From contig ONQE01000001.1 of the NCBI GenBank assembly GCA_900319925.1, forward strand, positions 8,452 through 72,451: a stretch of 64,000 nucleotides of DNA. Direction: 5' to 3'. This document shows positions 52,204 to 62,293 of this stretch, in pieces (positions within the stretch are counted from its first letter, which is position 1; each line of letters starts with the position of its first letter). Both the position numbers and the translations under genes were made by a program. Under the pieces are notes generated by a model that was not told where the DNA came from, did not search any database, and worked only from the letters and a program-made list of their open reading frames with translations. The stretch comes from an uncultured Bacteroidales bacterium (GTDB lineage: Bacteria; Bacteroidota; Bacteroidia; Bacteroidales; WCHB1-69).

Positions 52204-52755
52204 ATGAAGAAAAAATTCGTATGTACCGTGTGTGGTTATGTACACGAAGGTGATACCCCTCCGGAGAGATGTCCGCAGTGCAAGCAGCCCGCTTCCAAGT
52301 TCAAAGAGCTGGTTGAGGACGGTGCTCTGTCATTTGTCACCGAGCACGTTTTGGGCGTGGCCAAGGACAGCGACGAGGAGATGATCAAAGACCTCAACGC
52401 GCATTTCATGGGCGAAGCCACGGAAGTGGGCATGTACTTGGCCATGAGCCGTCAGGCCGACCGCGAGGGTTATCCCGAAGTGGCCGAGGCGTTCAAACGC
52501 TATGCCTTCGAGGAAGCCGAGCATTGTGCCAAATTCGCCGAGTTATTGGGCGAGGTGGTCTGGGATACCAAGACCAACCTTGAAAAGCGTATGATGGCCG
52601 AAAGCGGCGCTTGTGCGGACAAAATGCGCATCGCCAAACGTGCCAAAGAGATGAACTGGGATGCCATCCACGACACGGTTCACGAGATGGCCAAGGACGA
52701 GGCCCGTCACGGACAGGGTTTCGAGGGTCTTTTCAACCGCTATTTCAAGAAATAA
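52204..52755 (+). CDS. Reverse rubrerythrin (N-terminal rubredoxin-like domain plus ferritin-like diiron domain)
   Basis: N-terminal CTVCG...CPQC followed by ExxH-containing helices ([16 protein letters not shown]). Confidence 0.8.
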   Translation: MKKKFVCTVCGYVHEGDTPPERCPQCKQPASKFKELVEDGALSFVTEHVLGVAKDSDEEMIKDLNAHFMGEATEVGMYLAMSRQADREGYPEVAEAFKRYAFEEAEHCAKFAELLGEVVWDTKTNLEKRMMAESGACADKMRIAKRAKEMNWDAIHDTVHEMAKDEARHGQGFEGLFNRYFKK

Positions 52756-52775
52756 GCGCGTTATTTCCGAAAAAA

Positions 52776-52809
52776 GAAACGGAGTCATCGTTTGGTGACT
52801 CCGTTTTTT
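52776..52809. terminator. Hairpin terminator between convergent genes
   Basis: GAAACGGAGTCA tcgtttgg TGACTCCGTTTTTT. Confidence 0.7.
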
Positions 52810-52839
52810 GTATCCTTTGACATAACGGGAAACAGCATT

Positions 52840-53949
52840 CTACTGTCTGTCTGTACCCGTTTCTGTCTCGGTGTTCGCTGCGGATGGGGGTGTCGCTCGA
52901 TAACCGCCACTGCGCTTGTTGCCGACGTGTTGGATGAGCTGCTGTTTGCGAAGCTCGGCGATGCAGCGTTCGACAGTGCTCAATGAAAAGGCTGTTTTGG
53001 CGGTGATGTCCGTTGCGTTGCAGTCGGGATTCGCCTGGATGCAGGAAAGGACAGCGTCGATTTTCTCCTGCGGGGGGACGGCGGGTTTGCGCTTTGGTTT
53101 GGACCTTTTATGCGATTTCGGGTTGTTCTTGACCTGTTTTTCGGCTTTGCTTTCACGAAGGTATCCTATAATCCATTCTGCGACTGGTTCGTCTTTTATG
53201 GGATCCAGAATGAAAGAAATCGGTTCCTTCGTCCATGGCATCTTTTTAAGGAACACCTCGCTGCCGTTGCACGACCAGATGTACTGATACGGAATCAAAA
53301 CGCTGGGCGAAACACGGACAAAATCTTCTTCCCCAAACAGTTGCACAAGATGTTTCATGGAGCCGAGCCGGGTAAACCAACGGTCATCCACCGTATAGAT
53401 GCGGGTGAAGTTCCCCTCCTGAACACAATAGTAGATGTCGTCTTTGGGAATCATTAAGAGGTTGCTCTTTTGGTCAACGACATCCACCATCTGAGTGTCG
53501 CGATAGACCACTTGCACTTCCGCCTCCAGAGCCTTTCGCTGTTCCTGCCGCTCCCGGAACATAAACGGGAAGAAGGTGAAGGCCAAGTCACGTGCAGTAA
53601 CGATTATTAAGTGATGTAAAAACAACCTAAAAGAGCCGAATAACTCCACAGCAGCAGCATTACAACGTTTAAAAAACGGCCAGGCGATAGCCATCTCAAT
53701 CAGTCCAGCCATAAAGCAAACGAAAACCACCACCACCCAATAGACAACGGGATGCTTTTTATGAATCAGAGGGTAAAGCAGAAAATAGTTGGCATAAAGG
53801 GTAGCCAGCATCAGCAGCCCTGCGAGCACCTCTTTGACAGCACTTCCCGCGTATGGACGAAGTTGGGAGTAATTGGCAAAGAAGTAGAGCACTATGGCAC
53901 AGAACAAGACGTTCAGCAAAACGGCGAGAAAGATGTTCAGATGTTTCAT
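52840..53949 (-). CDS. Membrane protein with a LytTR-like domain and a C-terminal winged-HTH
   Basis: I set the start at the ATG at 53947-53949 (MKHLNIF). About four TM segments. LytTR-like core IPKDDIYYCVQEGNFTRIYTVDDRWFTRLGSMKHLVQLF..FVRVSPSVLI. A basic linker precedes ATDITAKTAFSLSTVERCIAELRKQQLI. Confidence 0.6.
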   Translation of the reverse strand: MKHLNIFLAVLLNVLFCAIVLYFFANYSQLRPYAGSAVKEVLAGLLMLATLYANYFLLYPLIHKKHPVVYWVVVVFVCFMAGLIEMAIAWPFFKRCNAAAVELFGSFRLFLHHLIIVTARDLAFTFFPFMFRERQEQRKALEAEVQVVYRDTQMVDVVDQKSNLLMIPKDDIYYCVQEGNFTRIYTVDDRWFTRLGSMKHLVQLFGEEDFVRVSPSVLIPYQYIWSCNGSEVFLKKMPWTKEPISFILDPIKDEPVAEWIIGYLRESKAEKQVKNNPKSHKRSKPKRKPAVPPQEKIDAVLSCIQANPDCNATDITAKTAFSLSTVERCIAELRKQQLIQHVGNKRSGGYRATPPSAANTETETGTDRQ

Positions 53950-53973
53950 ATATGTTTCGATATTTTGATTCGG

Positions 53974-53981
53974 CAAAGATA
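53974..53981 (-). promoter_or_regulatory. -7 promoter box
   Basis: Minus strand reads TATCTTTG, 24 nt upstream of the ATG at 53949. Confidence 0.55.
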
Positions 53982-54203
53982 ATGAAATAATTCACAAGGG
54001 TCTTGAAAATCGTCCAATTCCCTCACATATAATCCGTCTAATTCCCTCACAAAGGATTCAAAACAATCCATATTTTCAATATATTGATAATCAATATTTT
54101 ATTATATGATTTAAATCCTTTTGAAGTGTATGGTCTGTCATATTTCAGGCGTGAATGAAAATATTTTCGGGTGTGAGGGATATAAAAGTGTCGCAGAAGA
54201 TAG

Positions 54204-54211
54204 TATCTTTG
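54204..54211 (+). promoter_or_regulatory. -7 promoter box
   Basis: TATCTTTG, 34 nt upstream of the ATG at 54246. Confidence 0.55.
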
Positions 54212-54245
54212 CCGCCAAAAACTGATATAATTGATTGATTCCGTT

Positions 54246-56957
54246 ATGAAAAAGTTGTGTATTATCCAATGGTTGATGTTGATTTCAATTCTAACTGTTG
54301 TGGCACAGGAGCCTGCTCTTCCCTACACGGCCACTTTTTCCACGTCGGAAGGGTGGGTGCTGAACAATGGTGATGCTCAGAATTATTGGATATTAGGTAC
54401 CTCTGGCAGTAACAATGCACTCCTTGTGACCAACAACGGCGCCACCCCCACCTATTCCTACACCCGGAGTAATGTCGCTGCCGAAAAGACATTTGTGGTC
54501 GGGGATGCTGACAAGATTATTGTCTCTTTCGATCTGAAATGCGGCGGCAAGTACAACAAAGACTTTCTGAAGATGTTTTTGGCGCCTCCTTCCCAGATCT
54601 ACGAGGGTGGAATCGCCTACTCGTGGGGTGTCAGCACGGATTCCGTCTATGCGGCCAACTTCAGCGACCACTTCGATATGACCAACACGCCAAACTATCC
54701 TTATATTATCAATTTGACAGATGGCCAAACTATCCATTTGGATGTTCGGATGAACAATCCGATTGCCAATCCCGATACCAACTCAATTGCAAAACTGGTT
54801 TTTGGATGGGTTAATGACTACGGCAGCACTTACGATCACGGAATCCAGCCCGCACCTACCATCACCAATTTGCGTTTGAAAAGAGAGACCTGTACCCCTC
54901 TTACCGGATTGTCCGTCTCCAACATCCAGAGCCATTCAGTAGAGTTGTCGTGGAATATGCCTGAGGGTGGTGCCTCTGACTATATTGTCCAATATGCTAA
55001 AGATGGCCAGAATTGGAACGATGCCTATATCACCACCGTGAACGTGCAGGACACGTCTGTGACGTTGACTGGTTTGCAGTCTATAACGAAATATTGGGTA
55101 AGGGTGGCACGCAATTGCGGTAGCGATACCAGTGTCTGGATCAAACAATCGTTCACTACACTTTGTGAATATATTGACACCCTTCCGTACATCTGCGACT
55201 TATCTCATGTCTCAAGCACTATGCATCCGATTCCTGTTTGTTGGGAAAGAGGCCCAGGAAGCTGCTGCGACCCTGTTATTAGCTATGGTGCTATCAATCT
55301 TTGGATTCCCAACACCATCTCGATGCCGCATTTGAACAGACAGCTCATTGATATAAATACCGTGGAGGTTTCCTTTTCCGCCAGAAGTGAAACGAACAAT
55401 GGCACCTTGATCATTGGTGTGATGACCGATGCCAGTGCAGACTCTACGTTTGTGGCTGTTGACACGCTAAGCCTGACTACATCATACGAGTCTTATGTGG
55501 TTCCGATAAACGGCTACACCGGAGTTGGTGACAGAGTCTCTTTCAAATGTATCGACCACAGCGACATATACGTGAAAGATGTGATCCTTGACTATACGCT
55601 TTCGTGTCCAAGGCCATACGATTTGGAATCGTCCAGTCCTACGCATAACAGTATTGATTTGAGTTGGACGGGAACGAGTTCTTCCTGCAATGTTTACTAT
55701 AAAGCGGATGGTGATGCATCCTATTCGGTGGCATCCAATATTACGGCGGGTGTCGGTCAGCCGTTCACCTTGTCGGGATTGGCTTCCAGTACAATTTATC
55801 AGTGGTATGTGGCGGCTCAGTGCTATGACAGCACCGAAGCAGCAAGCCACGAGCTCAGCTTTTTCGAGACCCTTTGCGACCCCATCAACCAACTGCCTGT
55901 GACGTGGGACTTTGAATACTATAATAATGAAACAAAGATGCCTTTGTGTTGGAAAAACATAGGTGATGCAGATATTAGAGAGGGGAATGCCCATAGCGGG
56001 ACGCATTCAATGCGTTTATACAGCAATAATTCTCCGTGTTTTGTTGTGTTGCCAAAAGTGGAAAATAATCTATATCCTATTGATAATATGCAAATTAGAT
56101 TCTTTGCAATGAATACGGGTACGGTTAGCGATTTTCATGTTCGAGTCATTGGCGGGGTGATTACGAATCCGGAAAACAGTGCTACCTTTATTCCTAACGA
56201 TACAATAGATGTGATTGGTGCGGCAGGTGGAAGTTTCCAGGAATATACGTTACGATTATCTGACTATTACTATTACCCCAATGATGCCTATCCTGCGATA
56301 AAGTTTGTGGGAATTAACGGTACATGGCTTTTGATAGATGACCTTACTTTGGAAGTCGTTGATTCGACCCTTCTTCCAGACTGTCCTTCGTTGACAACTC
56401 TGGAGACAACCAATATTAGTCAGACGACTGCCACGCTGAATGCTGCCTTTGAAAATCCTGACAACATGTCTGTCTCTGCCGTGGGATTCAAATGGAAGGA
56501 TATTTCGAGCAGTGCCTATACGCAGGTTGATTGTTCCGTCTCGAATAACGTTTTTGCGACCGAACTGGACGGTTTGACTGCCAATACAACTTACGCATAC
56601 AAAGCATTTGTCACTTACTACGGAATAACAGTTCTCAGTGAGGAAACAATCTTCACCACCCTGCCCGAAAATGACACCATCGAAGACCATGTTGAAGAGT
56701 ATTTGCTAAGCAGCATCAAGCTATATCCCAATCCGGCAAATGAGTATATCGATGTACAATGTACAATGAACAATGTACAATTGGAGGGCATTGAGGTGAT
56801 AGATGTTTACGGCAAGGTAGTCCATGCCATTGTAGGGGCGAATAATCATTCGCTCCTACAGACCCGCATCAACATTTCAGGATTGGCCGGTGGCATCTAT
56901 TTTGTGCGCGTGACCACCGACAAAGGTGTGGTAATAAAGAAATTTGTGAAGAAATAA
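54246..56957 (+). CDS. Large T9SS cargo protein with alternating FN3-like and LPY..F (choice-of-anchor-J-like) modules
   Basis: 903 aa. Signal peptide, three FN3-like segments (for example LSVSNIQSHSVELSWN...YWVRVARNCG) and CTD LYPNPANEYIDV...GIYFVRVTTDKGVVIKKFVKK. Confidence 0.75.
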   Translation: MKKLCIIQWLMLISILTVVAQEPALPYTATFSTSEGWVLNNGDAQNYWILGTSGSNNALLVTNNGATPTYSYTRSNVAAEKTFVVGDADKIIVSFDLKCGGKYNKDFLKMFLAPPSQIYEGGIAYSWGVSTDSVYAANFSDHFDMTNTPNYPYIINLTDGQTIHLDVRMNNPIANPDTNSIAKLVFGWVNDYGSTYDHGIQPAPTITNLRLKRETCTPLTGLSVSNIQSHSVELSWNMPEGGASDYIVQYAKDGQNWNDAYITTVNVQDTSVTLTGLQSITKYWVRVARNCGSDTSVWIKQSFTTLCEYIDTLPYICDLSHVSSTMHPIPVCWERGPGSCCDPVISYGAINLWIPNTISMPHLNRQLIDINTVEVSFSARSETNNGTLIIGVMTDASADSTFVAVDTLSLTTSYESYVVPINGYTGVGDRVSFKCIDHSDIYVKDVILDYTLSCPRPYDLESSSPTHNSIDLSWTGTSSSCNVYYKADGDASYSVASNITAGVGQPFTLSGLASSTIYQWYVAAQCYDSTEAASHELSFFETLCDPINQLPVTWDFEYYNNETKMPLCWKNIGDADIREGNAHSGTHSMRLYSNNSPCFVVLPKVENNLYPIDNMQIRFFAMNTGTVSDFHVRVIGGVITNPENSATFIPNDTIDVIGAAGGSFQEYTLRLSDYYYYPNDAYPAIKFVGINGTWLLIDDLTLEVVDSTLLPDCPSLTTLETTNISQTTATLNAAFENPDNMSVSAVGFKWKDISSSAYTQVDCSVSNNVFATELDGLTANTTYAYKAFVTYYGITVLSEETIFTTLPENDTIEDHVEEYLLSSIKLYPNPANEYIDVQCTMNNVQLEGIEVIDVYGKVVHAIVGANNHSLLQTRINISGLAGGIYFVRVTTDKGVVIKKFVKK
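56752..56779. repeat. Heptamer array, family D (ATGTACA x2, ATGAACA, ATGTACA), inside a CDS
   Basis: Encodes VQCTMNNVQ within the T9SS sorting domain of the 54246-56957 gene. Confidence 0.8.
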
Positions 56958-56986
56958 CGCTGTTTATAAGTAAATAAAGATTCGCT

Positions 56987-59900
56987 ATGAAAAAGTCTCG
57001 TATAATATGGTGCTTGTTTTTAATGGTCTTATTGTCTATGCCGACAAAGAAGTTGGATGCGCAATCCCCTTGTCCTCCGGTAAGTGGCATCACATTGTCG
57101 TCAGTGACGGAGCACACGGCCGAAATCACGTGGACAGCCGGTGGGAGTGAAAATTACTGGTTTTATTGCTTTACCACAGATTTCACAACACCCGCCCCGG
57201 CACCAGCTAACGAGGGTTGGATGCATACGGACAATCCTCTTCTGTTGGACTCTCTTGCTGATGGTCGTTGTTACAGACTTTGGATCAGGGCCGGATGCGG
57301 TGCGGGAAATGTCAGTTCTGCCCAACCCTTTGAGTTTTGGACGGAGTGCCAAGAGATAACCTTGCCTTACACAGAGGATTTTGACCATCCAGACAGCATA
57401 TTCTACCTCGGTTTCCAAAATTCAGGGCCGCTGCCACACTGCTGGCAGAAACTGAGCCCTTACCTCAATTCGGGTCCCTATTGTACCGGCGACAGCTGTC
57501 TCACGTTTTACAGCACCAACAACGAGTACAAGGTGGCCATTCTGCCGCGCCTTTCCAACGACCTGCTGATTTCCCACCTCAAGATGAGCTTCGACTGCAA
57601 GAAACTGCAATATTACTATCCATCCTCTTTGATTGTAGGTGTTATGGACGACCCCACCGATCTTTCTTCGTTCACATCCGTGGATACCGTTTACACTGCG
57701 GATGTCAATTATTGGGATTGGCAACATCGAGAGGTTTTTTTCGAAAACTACACGGGTACGGGACATTATATCGCTTTGAAGTGTCAGTATTCTTCGCATA
57801 ATTATTTCAAGGTGGACAACTTGACGATAGATACCGCGTTCACTTGCCATACGCCTACAAATCTGATGGCTACAGGTATTTCACCCTCATCCATTTACGT
57901 GACTTGGGAGGATGAGGTCGGTGAGAATGAGTGGCAAGTAGCGTTTGTACCCAGCTATCTCACAGATCCCGACAGTAATCATATTGTTACCGTGCATGAG
58001 AAACATTATCTAGCTACAAATTTGACAGATAGCAATTATGTGTTCTTTGTCCGGACACACTGTTCCAACGGCTGGGGTTACAGCGATTGGGTCTCCATAC
58101 CCGTGACCTCTTTTGCTTATCCGCCCGCCACGGTTCCCTACTCCCATAATTTCGAAGCTGGGAGCGAGAATGCCGCGTGGCGGATAGAGACCGGAAACCC
58201 CGTGAGTCGGTGGCAAATCGGCATTCCTAACGGTTACAGCGACACATTGCTCTTTATTACCAACAACGGCGCGGATGCCACCTACGGCAGCACGATAGCC
58301 GAGACATGGGCGTACCGGGACTTCCAGCTAAGCGGAGCCACCGAGTATGAGGTCAGGTTCAAATGGCTGTGCAACGGGCATCCCTCCTACGCTTATATGC
58401 AGGCAATGGTCGGGAAGCCCGCTCCGATATTGGTTTCCACAAACTATTTCGATGAAGTTTATCCCGAGGGTTCTGTTCTGATAGGTAAATATGCACGACA
58501 GAATGATTGGAAGACAACCCGTTACGTGTTAGGAAGCGAGAATGACAATACGGTGCAACGCCTTTACTTCCGATGGCGTAACGTGTATAATTCCGTGTAT
58601 CCGCCGGGAGCGGTTATCGATAATGTTCAGATTGTCCCGTATCACTGCTCGCGCCCCGTGGATGTCACGTTTGAGGGCGCAACGGCCCATGAGGCTTTCA
58701 TATCCTTCTCTTCGGCGGGACCAGAGCAAGATTCCTGGCAGTATGTACTTTGCCTTGGCGATTATGACCCTGATACGGTTACGAATGTGGTCACGACACA
58801 AGCCACCTCTATTCAAGTTTCTGATTTGCAAGCGAATACGTTCTATACCCTGTATGTGCGGTCGATTTGTAGCAATGGTTACCACTCCGCTTGGTCGGAG
58901 GCAGTGACCTTCTGGACAATGTGTGATCCGATTACCATTCCATACTATGAGAATTTTACCCCCGGAGACAATCAGTCGGGAAATTTTCCCGACTGTTGGT
59001 CGTTCCCTGCTCCCGAGTCAGGCATACAACATCCATCCATCTATACACCAACTCAGGTTTGGGAGGCGGACACCAGTCCTGTTCTCCGTTTTGCGGGTAT
59101 CTACTCCACAGAAGCATTGGCCATACTTCCCGAAGTGCCTTCCGATTATTCGCTCAACAGCCTGCGACTATCATTTTTAATGCGCTCGAATACTGACAGC
59201 ATCCACTTGATTGTGGGAGTGATGTCTGACCCAGATGATTTCTCGACTTTTATCCCAGTGGACTCTGTTCAAATAGTCGAGCATTTTTATGTGGACCGTA
59301 AGGAGGTTTTCTTTGACCATTACCAGGGCTCGGGAACGTACATTGCCATTCTCTCCGATTATGTAGGAGACAACACTTGCCACCTCGATGTGGACGATCT
59401 GGTATTGGAAATCGCGCCCTCATGTCTTGCTCCGTCCGGATTAAAGGCAATCAATATGGGCCAAAACTCGGTAACGCTGTCGTGGACGCCTGCCAATGGC
59501 GAACAAGCTTGGGAAATCGCATACGGCACGGACGATTTCGATCCAGATTCAACGGAGAACATCTGTGTGGTCAATACGAACCCATTCACGCTGACAGGGC
59601 TTTCTGACGGGACTTTCTACGGCATCTACGTGCGTGCCGTGTGCTCGCCAGGGGAATACAGCGAATGGAGCCCGCTCGGCTACGCTTTCACTCGTTGTGC
59701 CCCGGTTTCAGTGCTTGGTCAGCCGTACCAGGAATCTTTCGACAGCTATACAACAGGGATTTCCACATCGCTTTACACGCCTATAGAATACCCCTATATC
59801 TCGTACCCGGACTGCTGGTCGTTCTTGAATCTCCATGCCCTTGTCGGATATCCTGACTGGACTCTTCCAGCTGCGTTTTTGTCCAACTGTAGCACTTTTT

Positions 59901-60802
59901 TTGTTTGGGGCAAAAGTCTGCACCTCGTAAACAGCATGGTCACACCCTTGTATGCGGTTCTTCCGGAATTTGTGGAACATATCCGCTTCCTAAAGCTGAC
60001 CTTCTCTTACAAATATGCACTCCTTCGTTCAACTCTTTCGGTGGGTTATATGACCGACCCTTCTGACGGGAACACCTATCATGAGGTGCAATTCTGTCAG
60101 AATTCGAACTCAAACAATTTTACGACCCTGACCATTGATTACAGTACGCTCAGCCTTGTTGCTGACAGCAACTACTATATTGCGTTTCGGTCGTATGAGC
60201 CCGGTTTCGGGTGGGCGAATGTTGCCCTTGAGAATGTGAAGGTAGAGCTTATCCCGAATGCTTTTCCGGCTCCTACCCAGCTGAATGTCAGCGATATCAC
60301 CACGAATTCGGCTGTGCTGGATTGGACCAACGGAAATGACGAGAACCACTGGATGGTGCAGTATGGAGTTGCCTCCAGGTTTGAATGGACCGACAGTATG
60401 GAGGTTTTCTCGCATCCCGTTTTGCTTGACAGTCTGGCAGCCAACACGGAATACAATGTCCGGGTGAAAGCCGTTTATGGGAATGACCGTACGATGTGCA
60501 GTGATTATACCGCCACGGCGTTCACCACGCTCGATGATACTTCGGTGCCCGATTACGATGGCTTCGGCCAGCGCGTCGCCATCCGGCCCAATCCTGCCAA
60601 ACAATATATTGACGTGGTTTTAGACGAGGTTACAGGGCCTTGCCAGATCGAGTTGTACGACAGCCAAAGACGGAAGGTCGGAGAGATGCCTATGGTCGGA
60701 GAGAGTGTGAGAATCCCTCTTGAGTATCTTGCCTCAGGCGTTTATTTCATCCAAATCAAGGGCGATGATCTAAAGGTCTCCAAGAAATTCATCAAAGAAT
60801 AG
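56987..60802 (+). CDS. Giant T9SS cargo protein, paralogous architecture (5 FN3-like modules)
   Basis: 1271 aa. Signal peptide, and repeated FN3-like segments each ending in a Cys-containing W/F-T-x-C junction followed by an LPY/IPY..F module. CTD IRPNPAKQYIDV...GVYFIQIKGDDLKVSKKFIKE. Confidence 0.75.
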   Translation: MKKSRIIWCLFLMVLLSMPTKKLDAQSPCPPVSGITLSSVTEHTAEITWTAGGSENYWFYCFTTDFTTPAPAPANEGWMHTDNPLLLDSLADGRCYRLWIRAGCGAGNVSSAQPFEFWTECQEITLPYTEDFDHPDSIFYLGFQNSGPLPHCWQKLSPYLNSGPYCTGDSCLTFYSTNNEYKVAILPRLSNDLLISHLKMSFDCKKLQYYYPSSLIVGVMDDPTDLSSFTSVDTVYTADVNYWDWQHREVFFENYTGTGHYIALKCQYSSHNYFKVDNLTIDTAFTCHTPTNLMATGISPSSIYVTWEDEVGENEWQVAFVPSYLTDPDSNHIVTVHEKHYLATNLTDSNYVFFVRTHCSNGWGYSDWVSIPVTSFAYPPATVPYSHNFEAGSENAAWRIETGNPVSRWQIGIPNGYSDTLLFITNNGADATYGSTIAETWAYRDFQLSGATEYEVRFKWLCNGHPSYAYMQAMVGKPAPILVSTNYFDEVYPEGSVLIGKYARQNDWKTTRYVLGSENDNTVQRLYFRWRNVYNSVYPPGAVIDNVQIVPYHCSRPVDVTFEGATAHEAFISFSSAGPEQDSWQYVLCLGDYDPDTVTNVVTTQATSIQVSDLQANTFYTLYVRSICSNGYHSAWSEAVTFWTMCDPITIPYYENFTPGDNQSGNFPDCWSFPAPESGIQHPSIYTPTQVWEADTSPVLRFAGIYSTEALAILPEVPSDYSLNSLRLSFLMRSNTDSIHLIVGVMSDPDDFSTFIPVDSVQIVEHFYVDRKEVFFDHYQGSGTYIAILSDYVGDNTCHLDVDDLVLEIAPSCLAPSGLKAINMGQNSVTLSWTPANGEQAWEIAYGTDDFDPDSTENICVVNTNPFTLTGLSDGTFYGIYVRAVCSPGEYSEWSPLGYAFTRCAPVSVLGQPYQESFDSYTTGISTSLYTPIEYPYISYPDCWSFLNLHALVGYPDWTLPAAFLSNCSTFFVWGKSLHLVNSMVTPLYAVLPEFVEHIRFLKLTFSYKYALLRSTLSVGYMTDPSDGNTYHEVQFCQNSNSNNFTTLTIDYSTLSLVADSNYYIAFRSYEPGFGWANVALENVKVELIPNAFPAPTQLNVSDITTNSAVLDWTNGNDENHWMVQYGVASRFEWTDSMEVFSHPVLLDSLAANTEYNVRVKAVYGNDRTMCSDYTATAFTTLDDTSVPDYDGFGQRVAIRPNPAKQYIDVVLDEVTGPCQIELYDSQRRKVGEMPMVGESVRIPLEYLASGVYFIQIKGDDLKVSKKFIKE

Positions 60803-60852
60803 CCCTTAGGCCGTCTTCATTTGACATTTTAATACGTCATACAACACATAAA

Positions 60853-60886
60853 AAAGGAGCCACTGCAAAGTGACTCCTTTATTTTT
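60853..60886 (+). terminator. Intrinsic terminator
   Basis: AAAGGAGcCACT gcaa AGTGaCTCCTTT followed by ATTTTT. Confidence 0.7.
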
Positions 60887-60888
60887 CG

Positions 60889-60961
60889 TGTTCCAGCTGG
60901 GGCTCGAACCCAGGACCCCATCCTTAAAAGGGATGTGCTCTACCTGCTGAGCTACTGAAAC
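60889..60961 (-). tRNA. tRNA-Lys (anticodon UUU)
   Basis: Hand-folded cloverleaf on the minus strand. Acceptor GTTTCAG/CTGGAAC, D arm GCTC-AGCAGGTA-GAGC, anticodon stem CATCC/GGATG with loop CTTTTAA, T arm CTGGG-TTCGAGC-CCCAG. CCA is not encoded. Confidence 0.85.
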
Positions 60962-61011
60962 TCCTTCAGGGCTTTCTGCGGCAAGAATACCGCGGCTCCT
61001 TTTTGAGGCTG

Positions 61012-61019
61012 CAAAAATA
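61012..61019 (-). promoter_or_regulatory. -7 promoter box upstream of tRNA-Lys
   Basis: Minus strand reads TATTTTTG, about 50 nt upstream of the tRNA 5' end. Confidence 0.4.
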
Positions 61020-61300
61020 CACTTTTTTTGATTATGTCGCCATAGTTTTCTTAATTTTTTCCTGAAACAATAAATAGCTGAAAGTCACCATATTATATAA
61101 TATTCAAAAAAAATCATATTCATTGGGTTCAGAATCATATTTTGTCTATATTTGCAATGTATCTTATTGATAATAAATATGTTAAAAATATAAAACGGCA
61201 AAAACAAAATGATTGCCCATTTTGCAGAAAAGTGGTGGAAAGCTGCCATTTTGCATTGAAATGGGTGACTGGAAACGATTATAACCCAAATGATGATAAG

Positions 61301-61555
61301 ATGAAAAAAATGTTCATTACGCCCCAAAAAGACACGGTGACCCTTTGCCTGCCGTCGGAGTGGGTGGGCAAGCCGCTGGTGTGCACACTGAGCCATCCCG
61401 ACGAGAAAAGCACCTATCCCGACGATTCGGAATTTGTAACCGAAATGCGCGAAGACAGTTTCATTTACAATGCCGAATTGTACAAGCGTAAGCACCACCG
61501 TCCGCGAAAGAAACGCTTGCGTCGCAAACGCGGGGGGAAAAACAAGTACCTATAA
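61301..61555 (+). CDS. Hypothetical small protein with a strongly basic tail
   Basis: 84 aa from MKKMFITPQKD, ending KRKHHRPRKKRLRRKRGGKNKYL. The -7 box TATATTTG at 61147-61154 argues against the longer ORF start. Confidence 0.35.
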   Translation: MKKMFITPQKDTVTLCLPSEWVGKPLVCTLSHPDEKSTYPDDSEFVTEMREDSFIYNAELYKRKHHRPRKKRLRRKRGGKNKYL

Positions 61556-61593
61556 GGCGATGCGGGTATTTTCCGTATCGCTTGCACGGAAAA

Positions 61594-62181
61594 TCAGTGC
61601 AGATCAGCTCCTATGAGGTGCATGAACTCCTGGCGCGTGTTTTCGTTCTTGAGGAATGCGCCGGTGAACTCCGATGTGGTGGTCACGGAGTTCTGCTTCT
61701 GGATGCCGCGCATCGACATGCAGAGGTGCTGGGCCTCGATGACCACGCCCACTCCGAGGGGATTCAGCACTTCTTGGAGGCAGTTCTTGATCTGGGTGGT
61801 GAGTCTCTCCTGAAGTTGCAGCCGGCGGGCGAAGCACTCCACCACACGCGGTATCTTGCTCAGTCCCACGATGGTGCCGTTCGGGATGTAGCCGATATGC
61901 GCTTTGCCGAAAAACGGCAGCAGGTGGTGCTCGCACATCGAATAGATCTCGATGTCCTTCACCACGACGATCTGTTTGTAATCTTCATGGAAAAGGGCGC
62001 TTTCGAGAATCGCTTTCGGATCTTGGCGGTAGCCGTGCGTCAGGAAATCCATCGCCTTGGCCACACGCATCGGGGTTTTCAACAGTCCCTCGCGCTCAGG
62101 ATCCTCGCCCAAATTGCCCAAGATGGCCTTGTAATGTATGGCTAATTGTTCTAAATTCTCCTCTGGAAATTTCGGAATCAT
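61594..62181 (-). CDS. folE: GTP cyclohydrolase I
   Basis: 195 aa with the active-site region [19 protein letters not shown]. Confidence 0.9.
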   Translation of the reverse strand: MIPKFPEENLEQLAIHYKAILGNLGEDPEREGLLKTPMRVAKAMDFLTHGYRQDPKAILESALFHEDYKQIVVVKDIEIYSMCEHHLLPFFGKAHIGYIPNGTIVGLSKIPRVVECFARRLQLQERLTTQIKNCLQEVLNPLGVGVVIEAQHLCMSMRGIQKQNSVTTTSEFTGAFLKNENTRQEFMHLIGADLH

Positions 62182-62293
62182 ATTTATAACGTTAAAAATT
62201 GCTAATTTTGATATGTCTTTCTACCGAGCTCTTACCCCTTTCGGGGTTGCTCAAGGAAAAAGTTATTATGAAACAAAGCTTTATGTACACATT

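Noticed and set aside
41828-61560. An impression that roughly 42-61 kb is less GC-rich than 1-41 kb, which might suggest a horizontally acquired block.
   Set aside because: I cannot compute composition reliably by eye. The region contains core genes (rpiB, ybeY, mnmG), so foreign origin is unlikely. A sliding-window GC and codon-usage calculation would settle it.
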